A stretch of DNA of 63,467 nucleotides, counting the filler, from Diploschistes diacapsis (Eukaryota): the NCBI GenBank assembly GCA_023645945.1. It is 33 parts of 33 records of this genome, joined end to end, with 100 filler letters (N's around TTAATTAATTAA, not from the genome) between each part and the next. Parts side by side here need not be neighbours in the genome. Positions count along the whole stretch, not along the records: positions 36,656 to 37,905 come from JALAIB010003482.1; positions 38,006 to 39,254 come from JALAIB010003483.1; positions 39,355 to 40,603 come from JALAIB010003484.1; positions 40,704 to 41,952 come from JALAIB010003485.1; positions 42,053 to 43,300 come from JALAIB010003486.1; positions 43,401 to 44,647 come from JALAIB010003487.1; positions 44,748 to 45,993 come from JALAIB010003488.1; positions 46,094 to 47,339 come from JALAIB010003489.1; 25 more parts are not named here. One strand, written 5' to 3'. Every line of letters starts with the position of its first letter. The first letter of the stretch is position 1. Both the position numbers and the translations under genes were made by a program. Under the pieces are notes generated by a model. That model saw nothing but the letters and a program-made list of their open reading frames with translations. It made no database searches and had not been told where the DNA came from. Of the stretch, positions 36,656 through 49,906 are shown piece by piece.

Positions 36656-37539
36656 ATGTCCGTGTCCGTGCATTTATCGAAATATTTTAAATTATTTTTT
36701 TAATTTTAATAATTCTAGAATTATTATGTTTATTTCTTACGTTTTTATTTTTTTAAAAATTTTTCATCGCGGTGTTTCGATGGATTTATTATAATATTTC
36801 GATGGATCTATTATAATATAATGTCCGTGTTAGTATTAATGTTTTAAAAATTATAATTATAATATCCGTGTTACACCGGGGGGCCGCAAGGTTCTCGATT
36901 TGCACCGGGGGTTAAGAAAAGCAAAAAGCTCAATAGCGATTCAGGCAAGAACCGGTGTAAACGGGTTGAACAAATGTTTTAAAAAATGGAACGTTCTCGG
37001 AATCGAATCGTTAAGATGCCGTTGTGGCGGCGGATTAAAAACGGTCCGATATATAGCCATTTTCTATATCCTGTATAACAGGGAAGAATTGAGATATTAA
37101 GGAAGATTAGACTGAAAATAATTAACGATAGACCCGTAAGAAATCCAAATTCTTTCCGACTGGATTATATATACAGGCCGCTTAATTTAGTATAATCTCG
37201 CGTTTTCTCTACTTTACGATGTCTCGATCAGTTAAACAACAACATTTCAACGAGATATTATAGACGGCGTAGGAACGGATGGGAACCGAATCGTCAGTAG
37301 GGCGGTAAACGCCGAATTTTAGGGTTTTAACATCCTAAAGGTTTTTTCCTTAGAGAAGACGTATAGTTAGTCCTACATGCCCCCCGAGGGATAGATTAGA
37401 GTAAGATTAAATAATAATAATAATAATAATATCCGTGTTCGTGCGTTTATTACAGTATAATATCCGTATTAATATCCGTATTTTAAAACTTTAGCTGTAG
37501 TGTCCGTGGCAGTGTCTGTGGCACGAAACGGCCAGCCTA
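36656..37539. mobile_element. hAT-type MITE copy (right part), interrupted by a LINE
   Basis: GTGTCCGTG repeats and the terminus ACGGCCAGCCTA, as at 49895-49906. Confidence 0.8.
36873..37425 (+). mobile_element. 5'-truncated Tad1-like LINE insertion
   Basis: LHRGLRKAKSSIAIQARTG..GL...CRCG (ORF2 C-terminal CCHC region), a (TAA)n tail and flanking direct repeat ATAATATCCGTGTT. Confidence 0.8.
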
Positions 37540-37613
37540 CTCGTAGGTACGTTTCACGTTATAATAATTTAATCATTTATAATCGTAAATCAATCGTAAT
37601 AATTCCGATCTAA

Positions 37614-37860
37614 TGTTATGATCTCTATCTATACAAGGTATACACAAGTAGAGTCAAGGTGGGTTTGGTCTCTGTTAGAAGTGGAGTGCAAGCAGGAGAA
37701 GAAGGTAAAGCAGTTACAGGTCTTAGACTATCTTTAAAAAGAAGGTTCTTTAAAGATAAAAATAACGAATATAAATTGATCCCGAGTAATAACTAAGGAT
37801 ATTTATAAAAGTAAACACGTTCTAAATTCGTAGAAATTATAATAACGTTTTTATATAATT
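37614..37860 (-). mobile_element. Family A LTR, partial
   Basis: Begins TGTTATGATCTCTATCT. Confidence 0.8.
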
Positions 37861-38005
37861 TAAAACGATAATGAATCACCGATAATAAAGTTATCGTGAT
37901 AAAACNNNNNNNNNNNNNNNNNNNNNNNNNNNNNNNNNNNNNNNNNNNNTTAATTAATTAANNNNNNNNNNNNNNNNNNNNNNNNNNNNNNNNNNNNNNN
38001 NNNNN

Positions 38006-38542
38006 GAAATATTAGGCCATATAAAGATCGTAATTATTTTAAATCGCAAAAATAGACCTCGTACGAAACAATTCGATAATCGAAAATAAGTTTTTATTAG
38101 CTAAACTATTTACGCGGACGATTATACGCTAAATACTAATTCTTAAAACCGAGTTTAAGATATTTCCTACTACGAATAAGGTACTTGGTAAACGAAAAAA
38201 AGTTAAAAAAACTCGCGTTATAAACTAAAGAATTATTTAACGTATTAAAAATAATCGCATTACGGTCTTTAAAAATCAAAATTCGTATAAAAAAAACTAA
38301 TATATCTAAAAATAAAGATCGTACGAAAGAAATCGGATTACACGTACGACGTTATAACAAGTATAATCAATCCGGATATAATACGCGAATTTATAAAATA
38401 GAATTAATAGCTTTTAAGAAAAATATTAATAATTAATATAATGAATTATCGTAAGAATTGATTGCGTAAATATAATTACAACTCGTACGAATCGAGAAGG
38501 ATATCCGTTCGCTATAAGTGTCCGCTCGCTATACATATACGT
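38006..38542 (+). mobile_element. Fot1/pogo family H, internally deleted 3' end
   Basis: A QPGNREWV-like segment is joined directly to the C-terminal RRC..C..PGHN..C-like segment, then the TIR and TA. Confidence 0.75.
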
Positions 38543-39105
38543 TATCGATTATTTACTTTTATTTTCCTTTTATAAGTTAATCTTTTGTCTACTTAAGTAA
38601 TCGAAATATATTAGTACCTTTATCGTCTGTTATTCCCCGATGTTAAAACCCGATTTAGCCATGTTTTACACGTTCGAAAAATCGTAGTTATATTCTTTAA
38701 ACTTCGTTTTAATTACGATAAATCAGCGTTTCGCACGTTTATAAATTGCTCATTCATAACGAGCGTATTTAAATTAACGAGCGTACATAATATTAATCTA
38801 AAAATAACGTTTAATAAATCGATAGACCCAATTAAAGCCGAGAAATTCGAGTTAAATATAAGAACGTAACGCGAAACGAACGCCTTCGATTCGTAAATAT
38901 TCCGCAAGATCTTTTAATAACATATACGTTAAAGAAATTCCTGCTATAATATATCGTAATATCCAGCGTTTTAATATTAATTCTTCCGCGTTTATAAAAA
39001 TTTAAAGCATTATAATAGATTATAATATATAAAACGTTTCCGGTAAGCCTACGAGTGAAAATTTAACGTAATATTTTAAAATATTAAATAGTAATATAAA
39101 TATTA

Positions 39106-39254
39106 ACGTGTTTCACGGTCATCTGGGCCACCCCCCCATCTGGTCCACCTCATATTGCGATATTCACCATTCTTTCGGTTTTTCTCGATACTGGCCGCTT
39201 CGAATTAAAACGACTCGATATTATTAAAATCGGATATTAACGACTATCTATATG
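39106..39254. mobile_element. Fot1/pogo family G terminus
   Basis: TA followed by ACGTGTTTCACGGTCATCTGGGCCACC...; same end as 47650-47795, inverted. Confidence 0.8.
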
Positions 39255-39354
39255 NNNNNNNNNNNNNNNNNNNNNNNNNNNNNNNNNNNNNNNNNNNNTT
39301 AATTAATTAANNNNNNNNNNNNNNNNNNNNNNNNNNNNNNNNNNNNNNNNNNNN

Positions 39355-39494
39355 TGGGTGCCAGCCCTACGGGGTTCGGGTTCTACCCGCCTACACAGCC
39401 ACCCCCTAACATCCTTGGCACGGTTGGTACCCGTCATGTGACCCTGCCGTCACGTGACCCCGGTGGCTTGGCACGCCTGGGCTGATCTGTCTCA
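39355..39494 (-). mobile_element. LTR family B, partial
   Basis: Near-identical reverse complement of 50270-50409. Confidence 0.85.
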
Positions 39495-40233
39495 ACTCGA
39501 TTAAATAAATCGCGTATAACACGTTCGGAATAAATCGAATTATTTCTAATAACTCGAAATCGAGCTTTTACGAATCGAAACGCTTAAACAAACTTTATAA
39601 ATACTAGATTATAATCTATTAATCCTATAACCGTATTTAATAAACTCTTTTCGACTTATCGGACCCCTTCACCTCCATTTTACAACCCTCTTTCAACCTC
39701 GAATTAATTTGATTTAAATTTATCCTTACTATATAACTCTTTACCAAATACGACCGAACTACGAAAGACTAATAAAAAATTTAATTAAACGTTACGAGCC
39801 GTTTTAAAACTAATTAGTCCGATTCGACGCTATTCGAATCGAATAACCCGTATATTTAAATCGACGCATATTAAGCTCACAACGTTTCGTAAAGAAAACC
39901 GAAAGCAAAAAACGCTTCTTAATAATCGTAAAAAACGTAAATTAAATAAACGAATCGAATTAAAAAATCGTTTTATATTTAATATAAACGAAATTTTAAA
40001 ATAATAATTCGGATTAAATCGAGTCGGACAATTTCGAAACGACCTACAACGCGCAAAAAACGTCGTCGCATTTCTGAAATCGAAAAAGATAAAAAGGAAA
40101 AAAATAAATTCGATTCAGATCGATTAGATTCTAATTACGACAAACAGGTTATATCTAAAAACCGTAGAATGTTAACGATAATGATTTGAGGTGGCCGGAC
40201 TCTGGGGGTAGCCGGACTCACCGTCAAACACGT
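39495..40233 (+). mobile_element. Fot1/pogo family G, 3' part with TIR
   Basis: Homologous to 43430-44051 and 41384-41952; ends CCGTCAAACACGT followed by TA. Confidence 0.8.
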
Positions 40234-40703
40234 TATTTAAAAAATAATTAAACGAACTATCCTTTCAAAACGAGAAGAGATCGATAAAGATAAAAAGCTT
40301 ATTAACGAAAATAATAAATAAAAAAAGGAATTAAAGAAGCAACTCCGTAAGATTAAAAATCGTCGTTTTTAACGTAAACGTTGCATTCGCCGTAACCGGA
40401 AGGTTCTTAAACTGACGAAAGATTATATTAACGAATAAGCGCGTTGTTTGACGGAGGAGTTAGACTTAAAATCGTCCGAGGTATATATTAACGCCTAAAA
40501 AGGTTTGTCATCGAAATTCGGTCTAGAATTGTTTAAGTTAACGATAATGTCGCCGGGTTAATTAAATTAGATTCTAAAAGATGAAACTTCCGTTCTATTA
40601 GATNNNNNNNNNNNNNNNNNNNNNNNNNNNNNNNNNNNNNNNNNNNNTTAATTAATTAANNNNNNNNNNNNNNNNNNNNNNNNNNNNNNNNNNNNNNNNN
40701 NNN

Positions 40704-41383
40704 CGTTAATAACGCGTTTATCGAAGCATTATTAATACATTAAATCTATATAATCGTATTATAAGGATATAGCGTTCTGAAAGATACCGTGCTTAAGATT
40801 AATAAAAGCTTATATAAATTAAAGCAGGCGGCCAAAGATTAATATAAAAAATACGATATTATAATCTTAAACTTAGGATTCGTTCGATCTAATATTGACC
40901 CGTACGTTTTTATTTTGCGAGATCGAAAGTTATTAATTGGCGTTTACGTGAACGATATTATTATAGCAGCATCGGACCTATATGATGTATATAGGTTTAA
41001 AAAAGTACTGGTTGAACGCTACAAGATTAAGGACCTGAAAAAGATAAAAAAGCTTTTAGACATATAAGTTCAGCGATAGCGCATTTTAGGTTCAGGTTCA
41101 GCAAATTCAGCTAAATTGACTTTAAATTAAGAAACATACGTCGAGAAGATGCTCCAGCGTTTTAAAATGATAACGGACATATATAAAAATTAAAAGATAC
41201 CGCTTAATAAATACGACGATATTAAATTAAATAAAGAATCCTTCGAGATAATCGATAAAACGTAATATTAAAAGATTATTAATAATATTATATATTTAAC
41301 GATTTATACGAAATTAAATATCGTATTTATTATTAGAAAAGTAAGCCAGTACATAACTAACCCATATACCCATCATTTATATA
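40704..41383 (+). mobile_element. Copia reverse transcriptase remnant
   Basis: KSLYKLKQAAKD*...GFVRSNIDPYVF...GVYVNDIII...YKIKDL. Confidence 0.85.
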
Positions 41384-41952
41384 ACGTGTTTGACGGTAAG
41401 TCCGGCCACCCCCAGAGTCCGGCCACCTCAAATCACTACCGCTAACATTCTACGGTTTTTAGATATAACCTATTCGTCGCAATTAAAATCTAATCGATCT
41501 AAATCGAATCTATTTTTTTCCTCTTTATCCTTCTCGATTTCAGAAATACGACGACGTTTTTTACGCGTTATAAATCGTTTCGAAACCGTTCGATTCGATT
41601 TAACCCGAATTATTATTTTAAAAACTTCGTTTATATTAAATATAAAACGATCTTTTAATTCGATTCATTTATTTAATTTATATTTCTTACGATTATTAAG
41701 AAGCGTTTTTTATTCTCGATTTTCTTTACGAAACGTTATAAGCTTAATATACGTTAATTTAAATATACGGGTTATTCGATTCGAATAACGTCGAATCGAA
41801 TTAATTAATTTTAAAACGATTCGCAACGTTTAATTAAATTCTTTATTAATCTTTCGCAGTTCGGTCGCATTTAATAAAGAATTATATAATAAAAATAAAT
41901 CTAAATCGAATTAATTCGAGATTAAAAAAGGATTATAAAATGAAAATAAAGG
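41384..41952 (-). mobile_element. Fot1/pogo family G 3' part inserted in Copia RT
   Basis: TA followed by ACGTGTTTGACGGTAAGTCCGGCCACC. Confidence 0.8.
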
Positions 41953-42052
41953 NNNNNNNNNNNNNNNNNNNNNNNNNNNNNNNNNNNNNNNNNNNNTTAA
42001 TTAATTAANNNNNNNNNNNNNNNNNNNNNNNNNNNNNNNNNNNNNNNNNNNN

Positions 42053-42471
42053 GAAAATAATAAAGAAATTCGTAGAAGTTTTTAGATTTAAACTTCCGAA
42101 AAAGCTTACCCTAACGCGCGTCGTTAATCACATTATCGACACGAGAAAAACGAAATTAATCAATATCAATACGTATACATTATCTATTAAGAAATTAGAC
42201 GAACAGACTCGATAAATAACGGACCTACTCGAAAAAAATCTATTAAAAGAATCTACTAATTTATAAAGATTCCCGGCTATATTTATTAAAAAAGTCAACG
42301 GATCATGACGAATATGTATTAACTATCGAGCTTTAAACAAGATTATTAAAAAAAACACTTATCCGTTATTTTGAATCGACGAGTATCTTCATCGTATCGG
42401 ATCGGCTCGAGTAGTCTCTAAGTTCGATTTAACGTCTGGATTCTATCAGGTTCTAATACAATCGAATCACA
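42053..42471 (+). mobile_element. Ty3/Gypsy reverse transcriptase N-terminal remnant
   Basis: FIKKVNGS*RICINYRALNKIIKKNTYPLF*ID...SKFDLTSGFYQV. Confidence 0.9.
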
Positions 42472-43429
42472 TATGGTAGCAACGACAAAAAGCGTTGACA
42501 TCAGGAGATGGTTCAAGCTTAGTAAGGGAAGGACAAGATATCATCCACTCGCCCAATCAAAACGATATAACGGAGAAAGCAGTGAATGCTTCCCTTACGA
42601 AACGAAGGCGTAAAAAGAACGTTAAAATAGGTCAAATAGAGTTTAATATAGATTTATCGACACGAATAACTCCGTAATAAGTAAACGCATTTATAAAACT
42701 AGGTAACGATTAATAAGACGCCAACGACGCCGCCAAACAACTCGATTTGATTATATAATCTAAAAAAATGAAATTTAGGATAAAGATAGATCTTATAGAT
42801 CCTATAAGCCCAAATTTAGGTACAAAAATCAGTACATCAATATAACTAGACCCCGATTTAAATCTAAAAATCGACTCTAATAGATTCAATCCGAATCTAA
42901 CAGAACATACTATAAATCTTAGATCCAACAGAAGATCGGGATTACGAAACAATCCTAAACGAAAGATTTTTAAGGATTAATTATGAAACATTATAAAGAT
43001 TATTATTAAAGACATAAAATATTTTAACCGAAACTTTGAACCTTAATTTAATTAGGTTTATTAATCTTTAATAATATTTACTTTACTTCTTCTTTATTTA
43101 TCATATTCTCGGCGGTAACCGCGAGTTCTTTGATTAACTTAATTAAAACTTTTTTATTATAATATCTATTTATAATATAAACTCCTCCGCTTAAAATCGA
43201 ATAGCCCTTAATAAACTTAAATTAAGATTTAAGTTTATTAATTTTATATACTTTATATATCTTTTTCGATCTTTTAGTTCTAATAAAATCTGTTATAACC
43301 NNNNNNNNNNNNNNNNNNNNNNNNNNNNNNNNNNNNNNNNNNNNTTAATTAATTAANNNNNNNNNNNNNNNNNNNNNNNNNNNNNNNNNNNNNNNNNNNN
43401 CCCTATTAGGCACTACCCCCGCTGTTACA

Positions 43430-44051
43430 AAATAAATCGCGCATAATACGCTCGGAATAAATTAAATTATTTTTAATAATTCGGAATCGAGCTATTACGA
43501 ATCGAAACGTTTATATAGGTTATATAAATATTAAATTATAATTTATTAATTCTATAACCGTGTTTAATAAACTTTATTCGACTTATCGGATTCCGTTATT
43601 TCCATTTTATAACCTTTTTTTAACCTCGAATTAATTCGATTTAACGTTATTCGAATCGAATAACTCGTATGTTTAAATCGACGTATATTAAGTGTATAAC
43701 GTTTCGTAAAGAAAACCGAGAGCAAAAAACGTTTTTTAATAGTCGTAAAAAACGTAAATTAAATAAATGAATCGAATTAAAAGATCATTTTATATTTAAT
43801 ACAGACGAAATTTTTTAAATAATAATTCAGATTAAATTGAGTCGGATAGTTTTAAAACGACTTATAACGCGTAAAAAACGTCGTCGCGTTTCTGAAATCG
43901 AGAAGGATGAAAAAGAGAAAGATAGATTCGATTCGGATCGACTAGATTCTGATTGCGACGAATAGGTTGTATTTAAAAACCGTACAATGTTGGCGGTAGT
44001 GATTTAAGGTGGCTTAGATGGGGGGGTGGCCCAGATGACCGTGAAACACGT
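43430..44051 (+). mobile_element. Fot1/pogo family G 3' part (preceded by an LTR E end, 43401-43429)
   Basis: Same body as 39495-40233 but with the alternative TIR variant. Confidence 0.8.
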
Positions 44052-44647
44052 TATAGAAAAAGCTAGAGCTTTTTAGTTATGAGCCAAATTAAGAAGTTAT
44101 ATATCATAAATATAAGCGCTGGTATAACGGTTCTAAAACGATAGTGAATCTGGATTACTTTTGAAATTAGACCGGACTGATATGCCGTGCGAGTACTAAT
44201 CGATTTAAATGTCATAATGAACTTTATCTCAACCTCTTGTGTATAACTATTGAAGATAAAGAACTACGAACTAAAACAAAAATACATATTCGAAACCGTG
44301 GCGACACGTAACGCTTTATAGATCATTAGGAGTACGTTATCGCTAACAGTCAGGATTTTAGGCCATATTAAGGAACTTATCTTCGATTTAATAGATATAG
44401 CCATTTACGACGTTATTCTCGGAAGTCCTTAACTAAATATCCATAATCTAATAATTAATTTCAAGACACGGATTTTTAAGTTAAATAAATATACGTATAT
44501 TAACATATCCCGCCCGGACGCAGTCATAACAACTATGACGGATAAAATAAAAGTATGATACGATACTTCTCGAATCGGAATTAAGAAAACCTTAATTAAC
44601 AAATTTAATCACAAAAAAAAACAATTATATTTTAGAAATTTTAAAGA
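44052..44647 (+). mobile_element. Gypsy protease remnant
   Basis: VLIDLNVIMNFIS and YDVILGSP*L..HNL.INFKTR. Confidence 0.7.
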
Positions 44648-45256
44648 NNNNNNNNNNNNNNNNNNNNNNNNNNNNNNNNNNNNNNNNNNNNTTAATTAAT
44701 TAANNNNNNNNNNNNNNNNNNNNNNNNNNNNNNNNNNNNNNNNNNNNATAAATAACTTTCCGAACCCCGGAACTGATTATCAGTTTATATATAATATAAT
44801 AATTATAAAGCTCTTAGAAGGAAGTTATCTCGCTACTCTTTAATTAATTATTCTAACATAAAAACTTCTCACCGAAACAATTATTCCAGAAAGCTGCTCT
44901 CCGGACAAGGCTTAATATAAATTATAAACAAATTTGTTCTCGATGCTTTCTACTTCCAAATAAAGCAAATACAGGAAATCTTAATTAAAGTATCTTCCGA
45001 GACATTAAATAATAATAGATAACTCCAAACTAGTTTTAAACTAATAAAGGGAGGACCGTGGACGAGGTCGACACATATAGCTAAAAGATGATTATAGGCT
45101 AATTAAGGAAAGATAGGAGGGACAAGATAACGCATAGAGCCAGCACTAGTAGCTGTAGATAGAGAAGTTTCTAAGAACGCTGGTTCAATACATGAACTGG
45201 TGCAGTCAAAATCTTATTATTAGAGTTAATACTGCTCTGGGAATTAGAACTTTAAT

Positions 45257-45463
45257 TCGTTGCTACTATTTATAATGCGTATTTAAATTATTGTGTGAGT
45301 AGAAAATGGATTGCTAAAAGCTAGGTGAGCAGCGAGCCCTTATAGCTACTACAATAGCTGCTAAGTGGGTGGATGCCCAATGGCATCATTACCCATGGCA
45401 TCACGAGCGACGCCGGCGAAGGCAGGAGCAAGCGACACCCCTAGTAGCTCAATAGCTACTACA
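45257..45463 (-). mobile_element. LTR family D 5' LTR plus RIP-altered PBS
   Basis: Inverted copy of 12807-13014. Confidence 0.8.
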
Positions 45464-45993
45464 CGTACCCTAATATTGATCGACACGGGGGTTAACGGAA
45501 TATGTTTTATCGATAAAGAATTCGCCGAATAATTAACAAAACGATTTAATTTCGCCCCGATAAAACTATTTAAAAAGATAAATAATATTTATATCGACGA
45601 TAAGCCGCAAAGGCCCATTATTCACGTTTTTTATCTATTATTACAATTAAAGAATCATTCTAGTAATATAATCCCCTTTTATATCTTATTCAAGATCGGG
45701 AAACACTGCGTGATCGTTAAAAAAAATAATTGTATTTATATAATACAATGATAGACTATATTGTCTTCGAGATAACCTTCAAACCGAATTATTATAAGTA
45801 CCTGGAATTATTTTCTGTCAAGGAACGAAAGAAAGTCGATGAAGCTTTAATTATTTTCGACTAGATTCTGAAGTAATTAGGACCGATAGGCCTTTAATTA
45901 TTAAAATCTTATTACGTGGTATAATAAATAATAATAATAAAATTAATATAAAGAATTTAATTTACATATCTGTCCTTCGTAAGACCGATAAAC
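45464..45993 (+). mobile_element. Gypsy protease remnant
   Basis: ILIDTGVNGICFIDKEFA. Confidence 0.75.
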
Positions 45994-46093
45994 NNNNNNN
46001 NNNNNNNNNNNNNNNNNNNNNNNNNNNNNNNNNNNNNTTAATTAATTAANNNNNNNNNNNNNNNNNNNNNNNNNNNNNNNNNNNNNNNNNNNN

Positions 46094-46314
46094 TAATTTT
46101 AATAATAATATTTTAGATTTTTTAGCTACGATATCCGTGTCCGTGCTTTCATTATAATACAGTATCAGTATTAGTGTTAATGTTTTAGATTTTTTAATTG
46201 CAGTGTCCGTGTCCGTGCTTTCACTGCAGTGCAATGTCAATGTCAGTGTTAGTGTCGAGAAAATTTTTGCTGCGGTGTCAGTGTCAGTGTCAGTGGCACG
46301 GAATGGCCAGCCTA
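46094..46314. mobile_element. hAT-type MITE right end (variant rich in GTGTCA repeats)
   Basis: Ends GGCCAGCCTA. Confidence 0.75.
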
Positions 46315-46878
46315 TGTCTACGGTCTATCGAGGATGGGTAACGGTTTTTAAAAATTTTAAAGAATTTAGATCGTTAGTTTTACTCGATAGCAATCGTTGC
46401 AATTCCGAATAAATCGGGCGATAATAGCTTTTATTCGAGAAAATATAAAGTTGTTTTTAATTACTCGGAAGGTTCTATTAATTTTAACGTATTTTATTTT
46501 TTTACCGTAATAGATCGATTAAATAATATAAATGACTTAATTTTCCGGAACGGCGAATTTATCGTTGATTTATAATAAGATCTCGTTCGTTTTATAAGCG
46601 TCCAGTCCATAGTCGTGAAAAAATTTAATAATCATATTTTTCTTTAATCTGGCTCTGATTTCTTTGAATGTTTAATCCCGTCGATTAACGTTTTTTATTT
46701 CTTTAATTATCGGCGAAGGTAGCTTCAGCGGCCGGCGGGGGCGTTTAGGTAAGGTTCGGGATTTTTATGGCTGTCTTTTGCGTCTCGGGAGCATGATCTT
46801 TTTTATTTAGGGCGTGTATGTTTAAATCTTGTTTGATTTTTTCGGAAAGCTGTTCGGGTTTGATCAACGTCTGTTATA

Positions 46879-47333
46879 TATTACGATCCAAGTACCAGAC
46901 TTAGCACGTCCCAGCTTTATATATAGGTCAGTCACGGGACCAGGGGTCACGTGATACGTTCACTGCTCGCGTTTACTTTCGTGAGCGGCGAATAGGCTTT
47001 CGTTATCGTTCAATAATCGCGCTTATTCTTATAAGCGGTAAGCCTCGAGGGTATCGTTCGTTAAACTTACGATAAACGGTAAGCGAGTTAATTATATATA
47101 AACACGATTTTATTTTCGTGGAAAAGGACGTATTTATTTTTATAAATATTTTTAATTATTATTCGGGATTAATTTATATTCGTTATTTCTATTATTAGAA
47201 AGCTTTCTTTCTAGAAATAGTCCAAGATCTGTAACTATTTTATCTTCTTCTTTTATCATATTCTTTTTTTAATAAAAATTAAATCTATCTTAATTCTATT
47301 CGTGTATATTTTATATAAATAAAGATTATAATA
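46879..47333 (+). mobile_element. Family A LTR variant
   Basis: RIP-altered termini TATTACGATCC...GATTATAATA; followed by CTTAAA as at 57635. Confidence 0.75.
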
Positions 47334-47439
47334 CTTAAANNNNNNNNNNNNNNNNNNNNNNNNNNNNNNNNNNNNNNNNNNNNTTAATTAATTAANNNNN
47401 NNNNNNNNNNNNNNNNNNNNNNNNNNNNNNNNNNNNNNN

Positions 47440-47795
47440 AATATAAGCGATGCAGTAAGCTGATTTATATAAAACGTATAATTTATCGTTTTAGTAATTT
47501 TTTTTTTAGGTTTAAGAAGAATTAAGTCGATTCGTAATTATTAAAATATAATTATATTTTATTAAATCGATTTATAATGATCGATCGAAAAACTTTAAAT
47601 ACGCGGGCGGTCGTTCGAATATTACTATATTATTAAAAATTTAAAACATATAAATAATCGTTAATATGCTATTTTAATAATATCGAGTCGTTTCGATGCG
47701 AAGCGGCCATTATCGAGAAAAACCGAAAGAATGGTAAATATCGCAATGTGAGGTGGCCCAGATGGGGGGGTGGCCCAGATGACCGTGAAACATGT
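47440..47795. mobile_element. Fot1/pogo family G terminus
   Basis: TIR GGTGGCCCAGATGACCGTGAAACATGT. Confidence 0.75.
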
Positions 47796-48784
47796 CAATG
47801 AATTTATTAATGGGGTAGGAGCTCTTATCGTGATATTTACAGTTCGTTATTCTATAGAATCGATAACTTTGTCGTACATGCTCTAAATATATAGGATCTT
47901 CGTCGGATAAATTAACTCTTCGAGCTATACAGACTTACAATCTCTAGTCGTGATAAGCTAAAATCATGCAATACTTATCGCGGCAATAATTTATTAGGTA
48001 CGTTGTCGCATAATTAGAATAATCGTGTCTTTCAATCCGACACGTCTCGAAAGCGAAATAAACTTTTAAGGTAACGATTTCTCTATTTTAACTTAATAAG
48101 TTTCTTTCATTCTGTTTTCGTTTCGGGTTGTAATAATAAATATAATAGCCCCGATTATTACAGTCGTATAGAAAGCGATAATCTTTATGTGGTTTATCTA
48201 TTAGAACGTTTTCTTAATAAATTTAAAAAGTAACGTTTATAATGATTCGTCCGTAAAGAATATAAATTATAATTTCGTGTTTCGTAAGTTCGCATATATA
48301 GTTTTTATATTCGTTAACAATCGTGTAATTTAAATACTTCCGGACACTAATAATAACGACTTTCCGTCGAAAGTATTCTGTTTTGTCGATAACGCGGTTA
48401 TTAATACGGAACTCGTACGATGTATCTTTATTCGGATTGTTGCGTAAAAGTTCTTAAGTATTCGATTTAGTATTAAAAATTAGATCGCATGTTTAAACGT
48501 AAAAGAATAATTATTCTATTAATTTCTTATATTTCGTTATATCGTTATTCGGAATATTGTTACTTTTCGAAACTAGTTCGTCTATACATATCTAAATTAA
48601 TAAAGATTTGGTTTCGGTATTTTCATTAATAGATTCGTCGGTATCGCTTTACCAGATTATATTATCCGATTTTTTTATAATTTTNNNNNNNNNNNNNNNN
48701 NNNNNNNNNNNNNNNNNNNNNNNNNNNNTTAATTAATTAANNNNNNNNNNNNNNNNNNNNNNNNNNNNNNNNNNNNNNNNNNNN

Positions 48785-49290
48785 ATTATATACCGCCCCG
48801 GTAAGATAAATCCTGCCGATGTATCGTTACGGAAATTAGATTATTACGAAGCGAATTATTAAATTAATAGATTATTATTTATTTTAAAGTATAAGCTTGT
48901 TAGGTTGAATAGATTATTCGTTATGTTATATCGAAGCGTGTTCAGTATTATATCGTAGGTTTTTCGTAAGGATATCGCGATGTTACGAGAGTTTAGAGAA
49001 TTTTGTTTTGGGTTAAAATATTCGGAAAACGAAGACGACGATTAGATATTATAGGTTTATCGTAGGTTAATCGAAGTGTTATTTTATTAAGGAAGTTTAA
49101 ATATAATATTATTAATTTTTAAAGTGTTTAGGTTAGAAAACCCGGAAGGCGAGGACGACGGCAAGATGTCGTAGGTTTATCGTTGGTTAGTAAGAGTGTT
49201 ATTTATTCGGAAGGGCGTGGATAAAGTATTATTAATTTTAAATAATATGTTTGAGTTAGAAAATCCGGAGGGCGAAGAAGAAGATTAAAT
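48785..49290 (+). mobile_element. Gypsy RNase H C-terminal remnant followed by ~120-bp degenerate tandem repeats
   Basis: IIYRPGKINPADV..R.LDY motif; repeated TCGTAGGTTT...GAAAA.CCGGA.GGCGA.GA.GA units. Confidence 0.65.
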
Positions 49291-49906
49291 TAGGCTGGCC
49301 GTCACGGACACTGACACGGCCGTGGGAGTGTCCGTGTTTTGAAATTTTTAGCCGTAATGTCCGTGTCCGTGTTTTTATTGCAGTGCAGTGTCCGTGGAAG
49401 TGTCCGTGTTTTAAAATTTTTAGTCGTAATATCCGTGTCCGTGCTTTTATTATAATATAATGTTCGTGAAAATGTCCGTATTTTAAAATTTTTAGTCGTA
49501 ATGTCCGTATTAATAGATTTATTATCGTGTCCGTGCATTCACCGAAATACTTTTAAATAATATTTATTTTTTAAAAGTTTTAGAATTATTACGTTTATTT
49601 TGTACGCTTTTATTTTTTTATCGCGGTATTTCGATAAATTTACGGTAGTGTTTCGATAGATTTATTACAATATAATGTCCGTGGCAGTATCGTGTTTTAA
49701 AATTTTTGGCGGTAGTGTCCGTAGAAGTGTCCGTGTTTTAAAATTTTTAGCCGTAGTGTCCGTGTCCGTGCTTTTATTATAATATAATGTCCGTGGAAGT
49801 ATCCGTGTTTTAAAATTTTAGCGATAGTGTCCGTGGCAGTATCGTGTTTTAAAAATTTTCTCGGTAGTGTCCGTGGAAGTGTCCGTGGCACGAAACGGCC
49901 AGCCTA
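49291..49906. mobile_element. Complete non-autonomous hAT-type element (MITE), 616 bp
   Basis: Perfect 12-bp TIR TAGGCTGGCCGT/ACGGCCAGCCTA, 8-bp TSD GATTAAAT (49283-49290, 49907-49914) and internal GTGTCCGTG arrays. Confidence 0.92.

Noticed and set aside
42053..42471. Alternative genetic code or readthrough to explain in-frame stops in TE ORFs
   Set aside because: The stops sit at Trp/Gln/Arg positions and are explained by C>T and G>A RIP changes; host genes use the standard code.
49291..49906. Regularly spaced repeats resembling a CRISPR array
   Set aside because: The units are degenerate with no unique spacers, the context is eukaryotic, and they are bounded by a TIR and 8-bp TSD.
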